Below, one piece after another: positions 12,401-24,400 of a DNA stretch of 64,000 nucleotides. This stretch comes from Botryllus schlosseri (taxonomy: Eukaryota). The notes beneath the pieces are model-generated. The model made no database searches. It worked only from the letters and a program-made list of their open reading frames with translations, and was not told the DNA's origin. How positions within the stretch are numbered: position 1 is the stretch's first letter; each line of letters starts with the position of its first letter. The stretch lies in NCBI GenBank assembly GCA_051294905.1, contig CM119383.1, forward strand, positions 7,564,001 to 7,628,000, read 5' to 3'. The position numbers and the translations under genes were made by a program.

Positions 12401-15400
12401 CATCGCAATCGTTGCTTCCCAATGTACATTCGTCAATATCTGAAATATTTATGTGGGCAGTCCATAAATCGATTACTACATATGTTCTTAAGAGGAACAG
12501 CTATGGTTCCAAAATGTTTTAAAGGGCATATAGAATTATTTGGGGCTAAGATGTATTGTAGAGTGGGGTTATTCAAAAATAAAAAATCTTCAAATCTTCC
12601 CGGCTATTTGATAACAATGTTTGGTTGGCTAAAAAAAACGCAGCATACCAAACTTTACTCAATTCCAACTACGGTAGTAGATCCAAAACTACAGGACTTC
12701 CTAAAAAAATTTTATTTCAAGACCCATGAGATTGTTGATTTGTCTACAAAAAGGATGCAGAAAAATTTGACGGAATTCCAACCATACTGTGCACTGTACT
12801 ATGTTAGGCTTACCATATTTTGGAAATCTAAAAAGAGGACACTTTTTCAGAAATTTGAGACTTGCAAAACCGGTCCGCTTAGAACTCAAAACACCGTTTT
12901 TTCTCCACATTTCTAGGTGGATGACTAAAAAAAAAAAGGTCATCTTTTCGCTCAGAGCCAAATTCACCATTTTTAACTCCGAAATACCCGCCGGAGTGTC
13001 ACCTCTGTGCTAATTTACGGCATATCAATCGCAGTTTCCTCTAAATCTGACCTAAATTTTTAAAAAAATGGACAAAATCTCAAAAAAGAGGACAAAAGGG
13101 CGTCCTCCGAGGACACTTTCAAAGAAGTCAAAAAAGAGGACATATCCTCTTAAAAGCGGACGTATGGTAACCCTATACTATGTACACTATGTACTGTACA
13201 CTGTACACAGCTATCTTAACTTAGCAGAATTTGACAGCCATAAATCATCCCAGTTGTTATTTTGTGGCTGAAGCATCGATGGTGGTTTGTTGTACTATTT
13301 CCCCCTAAGAAATTAAAAAATAACGCATACCCGTGCAATTTACTTTTCCATCTCCAGTGTATCCCTCGTCGCAGTTACAATCGTGTGATCCAACGTTGTT
13401 TGTGCAATTAGCGTTAGTTACGCAGTCATTAGTTTGTCCCGCAGCGCACTCGTCGATATCTGGAAATGACATTTAGGAGTAGAAGACATTGAATATCACT
13501 TTTTTGACAGGGGTGTGCATTATTTTTGACAATCGGGCCAGATACTAATATTGGTCGGGGCCATGTGCCTACGCATAGGTTTTCTAGTAGCTGCAAGGCG
13601 TATCATTCCATTATCAACATATGCGTTGCAAAGTTGTGATGCTCAGTATGCGGGTCTTGGGAGTAAAGAAGTAATCTCCATCCTAGCAAACGGAAAAACA
13701 CATAATGTATAATAATCTGGGGCATGAGATGATTGGGATATATATTGACGCTAAAGGAATACGCATGTAAAATTAACGAGTGATATAGTACCTGTGCAGG
13801 GGCCATCGACTCCTCCTTCGTATCCCGCTGAACAAGTACAGTTATATGAGCCGATGCGGTTGATACAGTTTCCGGTAACCCCACAAGGGTCGTCATCTGC
13901 CGCACATTCGTCAATATCTGTTAATTGGACAATTGATTAGCATGGAAAGTTGCAAAAAGACAGCTTTTGATCACCCTATATTAGCGTCAATTCTTGACAC
14001 GACATGGTTGAACTTTAAATGCATGCAAACCCACATAAGCACTAACGTAGTAGGAAAGGGAAACCAAATAGGAGTCGAGGTACAACTCAACAACTAGTCC
14101 GCAAGCATACCAACAAGTAAAGTGAGTTTTATCGTACTAACTTCATAGGCAAGAGATACATAAGGAATGAAAATGAAATATGCAAATATTTCAGAAGAGC
14201 TTCTTGGAGGTATAGAAAACTTCAATATACAATGGAATAGTATATTCATGTTGACATGATCCCGAATATTTTCGGCTGACTCTAGTCCGGGGTAATCGTC
14301 AGCAACTAGTAGAGATTTTGGAAAGAACATTATATATCAACAGCCGTATCACAAAATATGACGTTACAAGCATCAAATTTCAAATAAGAGAGCGTTCAAT
14401 GTACTACTACAAAAATAGTAGGCCTACATTGAACGCTCTCTTATTCAAAATATAAGATATACGAGCCAACGAGATCAACATAGCTTCCAGTATCACCACA
14501 TGGATTCGTTGTATGGCATTTGTCAATGTCTGTCAATTGATCAAGAGGTAAACAAAAAGAGTTGCAAACAGACAGCTTTGGTTCAAACTTGATAGAATTG
14601 TTGAAACAGGAGAGAACCACCTTCGTTTGATAATAGGATAATAATTTTGGGGGAGTAGAATTATTCGAACATGATGAGATATCACGAATCCAAGGCGACG
14701 TTGGAATAAGATATGTCACAATGCCCTGGTGAGCGACGAAGGTTCCTTTGACTCTCTCTGTGGGTATGTTGGTGCCTGTGATATTCTTGATCCAGTCAAT
14801 TGCTTCGTAGAGCACAGAATGTGTGAATTATAGACTGTCATTATGTATAAAACATGCGTCTATAATTAAGAGAGACGGTGTGAATAATAAGTCAAAATGC
14901 ATCTAATCATTGTGAGTATATCAGAAAATATGAACAATTGAAAATTGGACTTTTGATATTCGGTGTGAAATAGGCACAAAGACGGTAATATAAAGAGTAA
15001 ACGTTCGTCATGTTACAGCCGTAATACCATACCTACACACAAGTTGCCTGCTCCACCGGTGTACCCTGTCTTGCAAGAGCATAAAAACGAGCCGTCGGTG
15101 TTGCTACAGTTTCCGGTGTCACCACACGGCTCCGCTACGCATTCATCAACATCTGCCAATAGGCGATAAAACAGTAAGTCGACTGGCCACGAATTATTGA
15201 TCGACGTCGTATACAATTCCACATTGTACATAAAAAGTGCTACCGGTACTAATCTGTAACTCTCGTGTACGAGCTTAGACCTACGACGATCATATCAGGA
15301 TATTACTGGCTTCCACCTAAATGGCATTTACAAAGCCAACGTCTCGTTTAAATGCGAGGCAAGTATAAACCGCAACGTCACTATAATCATCTGCACAAAA

Positions 15401-18400
15401 CACACAATGTATAATGCAACACACAGAGCACTGAATAGATATAAGGATGTTGAAACTACACATGCAATCCAACATGGCATTCGGCCTGTCGAGATATAGC
15501 ACTAATGACAAATAGACAAAACAGTATCATTGATATTGCTCATGGCTGATTTTTTCAGTCGAATGTGCTCATCCTTTTCAGGATCTTTCTCTGTGCTTCA
15601 TCTTAATGTGACATTGGAACAGGAGAGGATGGGTCCAGATGAATCTTCTACTCTTATGTAGTGGTATGACAGAGTCCATCGTCGTACAGGCAATGACATT
15701 AACCAATTGATTCGAACCACCAGGTTGACAGCCGCCAAAACGGATCTAAAGTCAGCTTGCAGATCGCAAAGCCATTGGTCTAAACATGGAGGCAACTACA
15801 CTTTTTCGAATATTAGCACAGGAGTATTGTCTTTTGAACGGTTGATGGAAGTGAATGGTGAATTCAGCCCAGACAGGTCTATATGACATGTCTATATCAT
15901 GTGTATTTAACAAATTTCTGATTTTCCGTGTTCTGTGAATTTGACACCGGACTGCTATTATCTGCCAGCAGACAACACATAAAAATATAAACAATAAAAA
16001 TACAAGAAACAGTATCGGTTAGGGATTAATATCAGACCAACACAGTGCCCTCCTACTCTCCATTTGTATCCTTGCCCACAGATGCAGTTGGAAACTTCAT
16101 CAAAGAGCAAACATGCTTAAGTGAATATCGCACCTGTACAGGGGCCACCTACTCCTCCGGTGTATCCCGATTCACAAGTGCAGTTATACGAGCCAACGTC
16201 ATTGGTACAGTTTCCGGTAACATTACAAGGATTTTCCGTTGCCGCACATTCGTCAGTATCTGTAAACGGCACAGGCGATAAACATCAAGTTGACAATAAA
16301 CTAAAGCTTTAAATCCAACTTGTTACTAGTAACATTTGTAACATAACATAACTAGTAACACTAATAACTAACAGTAACTAATAACATCCATTGCTCAAAG
16401 GATTGAGCAGAAGATACTCAAATGCATTGTTGTGACGGTTTATCATGACAGTTTATTGCCTTGATATCTTTATAAATCACCAGTGTAATTGAGGTCAAAC
16501 CCTGGAGAGATCAAATGTGATGTGAGCATGCTCTTGACACAATGGGGTTTGGTCTTAATCCAAAGGTTTTGAGTATAGGCAGAATGGCAATAGCTGGATT
16601 CAAACTTTAATTCCAAACACAAAGTACATACAGCCAAGCAGACCAGGCACAAATATGTAGCCAAGTTATATTGTTCACTGCATGGGATTGAGAAAGTGCT
16701 AAAATGATCTCCCACCTAATGTAGGACACAGTCAAGCAAACCGCTATGCATGATAAAAACTTGAGAATACTTCATAAGTGTAACCATAACCCTGGAGTAG
16801 TGTAGTACCTGTGCAAGGACCGCCGATCCCTCCTTCGTATCCCGTATTACAACTACAGTTATACGAGCCGACGTGGTTGGTACAGCTTCCGGTCTCCTCA
16901 CACGGATCGTCAGGTACATCACATTCGTTAATGTCTGTCAATGCGACAAGTTATAAAAATGAAAACCCATAATAGCAGTACTTCTTTTACAGTTGAGTAA
17001 GGTGGGACTATGAAAGCATGCAAACCACATACACACTTATGCAATGGGCAAGGGAAACCAAATTGGAGTTGAGGTATGACTCAAAACTAGTACCGGTACG
17101 CACAATATCAACAAGCAAATTTTATCCTCTTAACTTCATAAGCAAGAGCTACATACGGAATCGAAAAATAAATAAACATATATTACAGAACGATCACATT
17201 GAACAAAAAAAGCACACATATTCCACAGACTGTTACCCGCGATGAAATTTATGAAAACTTCATCAAAAGAACAAACATGCTTATGTGAAGATCGCACCTG
17301 TACAGGGGTCATCTGATCTTTCCAATGTTAGGATTCAAATATGAATTCGAAGACGACAGTACATACGTCCACACACCCAGTACAGATCTATCGCAAAGTT
17401 ATGATTTTCACTACTGCTGGATCAAGAATGTAGCCTACTAAAATAATCATCCACTAAACACAGGAAGACACGATCCCCAAAACTGGTATGCATGATAAAA
17501 GCTTGAGAATATTTCATCAGAGTAACCATCATCATGTATTGTGGAGTAATATCACACCATTGCAAGGACCATCGATTCCTCCTTCGTATCCCGGTGCGCA
17601 AGTGCAGTTATACGAGCCAATGCGGTTGGTACAGTTTCCGGTATCCCCACAAGGATCGACAGATGCCGCACATTCGTCAATATCTGTCAATTACATGGCG
17701 TGTAGGCATATGAACACTTTAGATATCCAAGATCAGCAAGAATAATTTGTAACTTAGCAAGACTGCGAAAGCAGGATGAAAGTACTCGATGTTGGCGCGT
17801 TTTTATGGTGAGAAAAATTTGCTGAAAACGTTTCAGCATTAGATACGTAATTTCCATTTCGTGCATATCATAAACAGAGATGTAGGCTACATGGCTACTA
17901 CTTTCACTCTCAATGAGTGCTTCGTTTGTTTGTGCGCCTCAAATTTATGTATTTTGATTTTATAAAACTCTCACATTGATTCAAGGATAGGCTACTTTGA
18001 AAGCACTTTTTCACTTTTTCAACTCATTTTCCAGTTTCATTTGATGAGTTTCGGTTTAATACAATGACAGGTACTTACGTTCAAATAAAATTTCACAACA
18101 TACTCATCAACAATGAAAATACACCAATTTTTACACACATCAGATTTCGTAGCTATGCGACCTTGGAATTCACATTTTGGATTTTGATATCTGATGGAAT
18201 AGGATCAATCACAATGTCATGATATAATCAACCTGAAATCAATTAACACCGTTTCCTAATTGGCCATAATTGCAATGGCAATTGAAGTACCACTTGCATA
18301 ATAATATATAGTAGGCATTTATACTGCATTTAGGTAGCCTACTTCATCCACCAAATCGATAAAAGCATTATACAAATGATCATTTTGTAACAATTTCCTA

Positions 18401-21400
18401 AAAATAACTCGGACACGGGCAATGTATCTCACCTTCTTCGCATGTAATTCCAGTATAACCAGTGCCAGTGCAATTGCATTCTTCCATATTGAACCCCGTT
18501 TTCGTGCAACTACCGTTATTTTTGCAGTAAGAATCGGCACCAACGGACAAGCATTGGTTGATATCTGGGTTGCAATATTCAATTCGGTGTCAGTATGATT
18601 AGAATGGAAAATTTGAGGTATACTGGCCAGAGCCACTGTTGCGGCCAATGCGAGACTCATGACTAAGAATAAATTCCAAACCAATTTTGAGCTGCACGTA
18701 GAAAATGACCCACAGCTTGCTCATAAGCTGGGCCCCCACTCAAGATAACAGAGGATTCAATTTTGCCCAGCCCGAGTTGAGAATTAGAGACTTGTCATCA
18801 CCTTACATTTTGCAGTTACCGTACCAATATATGTGTTTCAGGCTGTGACATAAAGTTAGTGAAGGAAATGCAATATCAGTAATATTCCACCCACTTGCCC
18901 AATTGAACCGGAGCCAAATTGCATGTTCCCAATCTACTTTTTAGTGAAGAATACTTACTGCAGTGATAGCTAGTTACAGTTCGAGGGAACGAGCTGGTCT
19001 TCAAAAACCGATCAAGTGACATTTTTCTGCCCTTAATTGTATCCTTGTTTAGTTCAATATAAATTCTGTGCCTGTTTTATACTTGACATACCTTTATACC
19101 TTGGCCCACAAAGAATAGCTGGAGGAGGTGCATAATAAGATATGAGATCATTGGCTGTTGACACGTTTTAGGGCTTCTACATAAGCACCGTTTATTATTT
19201 TTTATTTGAAAGACGAGTTGTAGCCTATGGCTCATTGATCCAGTTCAGACAGAATCAAGCTATCATCACGCTTTAATTCTGTCAATTGGTACAGGATATA
19301 GTGCCAGACATTAAGAGTAAAGGGCCAATGGACTGTCATATAGCGGAAGACATTGGATGGAGCATTCTTCCTATACACATATTTACATTCACTGAACACC
19401 CAGTAACAGAGACCTGCTTGGTATTCAATCAAGAAACCCCTTCCTCCTGCAGTATCAATAACTGTGTAGAAGTCCAGGATTAAGGTCGTGTACCCTTCCA
19501 GCAAGTACGTCCCATCGAAATCTAGAGTCGTATTGGTTTGCGAGGCTTCGTCAGTCACTAATATTTTTCCTTCCGAAGTCGACATGGATTGCAGAGTGAT
19601 ATTTCTGTGAAACGACACACGTTACATAGGTTTTTTAATCATATGGCACGTGTCAACAGTGAAGAAAAGCAGGACAATTGTATTAGACATAATCATACTT
19701 GACAACACTGTAAAAACGACACAGTCATGAATTTCATAAAACAGACAATGGCTACGGTTAACCAGCAATAGGCGCAGAAGGGAATCCAGCACAAAATGCA
19801 TCATCCATAATTGTAATGTTAAACCAGTAGCCACGCAGAGAATACACCTTCATCATGTTAATATGATAATTGATGGCACATACCTACTTGGATCTAATCG
19901 CTACCTGCGATCAACCGCTAAACGCATGGGACCCTTAGAGAAAATCTCCTTTATAGAACAACTCATTTGAATTCTTTCCATTTTCTGCTTAAAGTTGAGG
20001 TAGCTAGGACATATCAATGATATTGCTACTTTTATTCGAGTAGCAAAGGTGCCTACTTGGAACCACTCTGTAAATAAGCTTTATTACATTTCAGAACATT
20101 TTGCTAGCAAATAAATAAATGGTAAACTCCTCAGCCTACATATTGTGTTTCTATACGACGTTGGTGAGACCTCTGGACGAACTAGAAATCCCTACCTTAC
20201 TGCCCGCACATGATCACTGATTGATTCTTCTGTCAACGAGCCGATATAAAGCCGATCGCTCTCTGCGATTTGGAAGTCCCGAATGGTAAGCTGATACCCT
20301 GAAACAGTAATTTCATGTATTCTTATACTTTTAATCTATTCCGATAGTTGAAAACATTACATGATTGCATTATAGTGACTAGGTCACTGACGACGAAGGA
20401 ATATTATGCCACCTGAATGAAGCGAACGCCACATTTTTCCCTACCGCCTACTGGTACCATGAATGGTGCAATTTGGAATTTGCTGTACGTTATACATGTG
20501 GAGTGAATGTATTTCATCATTAGCCTATATCATGGGTCTCCAATACAAGCTTCCAACATCGCAATAGGCTTAAAGATTATGCAGGCAGTCATCCAGCACA
20601 AATCATGAATATAAAGTTTGGTCGAGACAGTAACTTTCATGAAAGACAAAAATTGTATCAAATACATTTGGTTAGAACTATTTCTGTGCTTGTGAGTGAA
20701 TCACGATAGCTCATGGAAATTGGGAGGAAATAGGCAGCACCTTATTTGGGGAGAGCGGTTGCTGTTCTGTTTTACTGTGAGAGACAGGGTTGCAACCAAG
20801 TCACAAGGCTCGAGTCACAAGTCAATCTCACTTTTATAGTTATGACTCGAGTCAAGTCGAGTCATTTTCAATTCACCACCAAGTCAAGTCCGAGTTCAAG
20901 TTAGCGAGCAGAGGGTCGAGTCCGAGTCATAGTATTTTGACTCGAGTCCGAGTCCAAGTCATTGTGTTGAGTGCTCAGTTTCCAGTTAAAGTCTTGTTAA
21001 ACCCACTTTTTATAACTCTGGTGACATCGAATGGTTCACATTTATATTATGCTAATTTTCCTCACTTCTAGCAGTTTCTGGTCTTATTTTCAAGTACCAG
21101 TACCAACAGACGAAATCCCAATAGTGTGATCACTTTAATATTCTTTGAAATTACAATGAAATGCCGCTCTTGGCCGTCTGAGTCTCGAGTCATGTGCAAT
21201 GACTCGAGTCCTAGTCGAGTCATTTCCGTATTTTGAGAAAATGACTCGAGTCAAGTCGAGTCGTCTGAATATCGTGACTCGAGTTGAGTCATGACTCAAG
21301 TCATCGCAACCCTAGTGGGAGACGTCTCGCCGGTGTGTTGGTAAATATGGGCGGTTACTCATTTCCACATTCCACATAAACAAGCTACCTGTATTTTGTG

Positions 21401-24400
21401 TAATTCAAAAATGCTGCCCATATGCCGGGTTGTAACGACGGATAGCCTAATTCCATCAAATCTCAATTCTTAACGAAAGGATGAGTGTGAAGGTTTATTG
21501 AGGGCTTGCTGCAATATGTTGCATTAAATCTGTGAAGTGGTCCACATATATAGTTCCGATGAGGAAAATTATGTATATTCCAGACCAGAGCAAAGCGGGC
21601 CATAGAAATCTCAGCCATAAAAAATATAAAGTGTCACATATCGATAACATGTTTGGATCAACACTGATTCACTCGGACCACAACATGAGTGATTGAACGA
21701 TTCCGTGTTAAACTTTGGTATGGTAATCTATTTGTGCCAAATTTTAGTGTGAAATCCAATTTCTGCTTTAGGAGAGACCCCCTGTCCTCCAAGGAGGGAA
21801 CCCTTTACCAAGGATTGACATAACTTTGTGAGGCAACAACAATGTCACAAAAACTTGCTTAGCTAAGCCAAGATCTTTACTCACTTAACTCTACTAGAGC
21901 AAAGAAATGGATATTGAATATCTGCGATTTGTCGTTCTATTTTTGAACATGGAAATGAAATCAAACAACCCCAGCATTTGGATTTTTCAGTCGGTCAGAT
22001 TAAAATCAGTTTCAAGGGGATACAAAATCACAAATCAGAGAGTCAATAGAATGGGTCCGAGTGGACTGAAGGTATATCCTCTCAATATTTTCTCACCTAC
22101 GACTCTGGCATCATTGTGCGTGATATTTACAAGCTTCTTTCCTGCGGTCAGTTCTTCAGGATAATTTGTTCCAGGCTCATAGTAGCATGGAGAATATACT
22201 GAGCCGCTTGACGCAGTCCTTGACACAAGTTCATCACTCCAGTCACATGAAAAGTTTCCTACCAAAAAAAGGTAGTTGTAAAGTCAGTTTTATGATGGGC
22301 CCATCCATAAAAAAAGGACGTTTGACAGTATTTTTGGAATCATATGAAAACCTTGTGCAGTTGATTCCAGCATCAGAAAGCTGAATTCATAGCAACATTT
22401 ATTCATAGCAGCATACTAGATTATTCAAGCATTTACTTTATACCAAGTGTTAGTAAAGTGGGCAGTATCTCGCCCTGCGAGTCACTGTTGACTTTGGAAG
22501 AGCTGAAATATTGAAGGTGGGGCTATTTTCGTCAGTACAAATTCTACAGTTCTGCTGTAGATAAAAATAATAGAAAATACTCATTCTTGAAGTAGGCCTG
22601 GGATGATGGCCGCACCCATCAGGATATTTTATGCGGCTCGCAAAAGATTTGAAGGTATTATGGCTTGAAAATAACTACAGTAAAAAGAAGGGTTGTAACA
22701 AAATCAGAAGGTTGCAATTTGCAAATCATAAGTCAATTTTACTGACATAGTTTCAACTCGAGTCAAGTCGAGACATTCTCAATTCACCACCAGGTCAAGT
22801 CCGGGAGCAAAGGGCAGATTTTGAGTCATAATGTCGAGACTCGAGTCCAAGCCATAGTGCTCACTCTTACCGAGTTCAAGTCAGGTTTTACCATTTTGAA
22901 ATTATTGAAATATATTGCAGATGGTTTCTGGGCCTATTTTCAAGTATCAGTACTGATAGACAAGACTCAAATCAAGTAATACAAAATGTCTCGAATCAAT
23001 AAGCAAAGACACACAAGTTGAGTCGAGCCATTTTATACTTTCAGGAAAATGACTCGAGTCAAGTCAAGGTCAACAAAAAATTAGACCCTAGTCATTACAA
23101 CCCTGCGAAAAACATTAGGAATACCAAATCTTCATTTTAGAATGTTACCAAAGAAAGTCAAGCATGAAATTGCTACCTTATTCATAACCATTCATTCACA
23201 ACGTAACACATAAGAATATGGGTCCCATCGATTGACCATATCACAAGATTGAATGTTTTATCCACACTAGAACGAAACAGACTATTATTATGAAATTTAT
23301 CCCTTTTGGAAAAGCAAGTGCTTTTCTTATTATCTACCCCCTTTATGCATACTGCAACATTGTTGGGGACAGACTTGAAGCGATTTTTGCCGCCATCTGC
23401 ATAGCTCAGGTTTCATGATGCTGACCTACAATCACATAAAAGATAACCCTGGGTTGCCATACGTCCCGAATTTACCGGACATGTCCGGAATTCCGCAGTG
23501 AAAATTGCGTTTGGGAGGAAATTCTAAAATAGGTCCTGAATTTAGAAGGCGCAAAGTAATTTCGTAAATGAACATTAACACTATTATTTTGAAGCAGATT
23601 TATACTACTTGCAATTCTTCTTCGTGCTGCGCTCGATTTAGTCCAATGTATATTGATTCCAATATCGGGACCAACGGCCCACGCCCTCGCAAAAATGCAT
23701 TCAAAAATAGATAAAACACATTATTTATTGAAATTAGTCTAATTGTGATCGCAATTATAAGATGGCGGTATATTCCTAGAAATGTTAAAGGGTCATTTGG
23801 AGGCACTTAGTCAAAGACAGTGATTATAAACATGGGGATCGCAAAGATGTTGAATGCAATCAGCTTCCAAACTAGGCCGTGAGTAAGTCTGGGCAAGCTG
23901 ACCTCTTTTAATAATCAGCTTAACAATTTTTGAGCTGGGCCACGGAACATTTTCAAATTGGAAATGAGGTCGCGGCCATATAAGGTTGGAAACAACCGGA
24001 CGTGCAACCTGTTCGTGCATTTCAATGGAAGAACCAATATCATTGACAGAATTCATTCACAAAATAACTATAGATGCATATATGCATGTAATCTTCCAAG
24101 AAGTTGCATCAATTACCCTATGGCAGGGTTGTAAACAATTCACAAGCTGGCGAGTCACAAATGAATCTTACTTCTATTTTTTGACTCGAGTTATTTTCAA
24201 TTCACTACTTAGTCAAGTCCAAGTCATTTGAAGCTTCTTCGTTTTACAATCATGACAAGCCAGTGTTCCACCTTGGCACCAACAAATGTTTCCCCATGAA
24301 CACGAACAAAAATTTATAAACGTCAAAATAAATTGTTTTTTGCCTTTCGAGAGGTTAGGGGGATATTAGGGTTGGGGGAGGGGAGATATTAGGGTTGTGG

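Noticed and set aside
12362-12916. 184-aa plus-strand ORF
   Set aside because: Spans an antisense EGF exon, an intron and a MITE end; low-complexity K/F-rich; no domain.
15700-15725. B-box-like GGTTCGAATC on the minus strand (tRNA or SINE)
   Set aside because: No A box, cloverleaf or second copy.
22470-22550. Acceptor-like site in gene A intron 1 ([14 protein letters not shown]...)
   Set aside because: The phase-1 reading needed to join the signal exon hits TAG within three codons.
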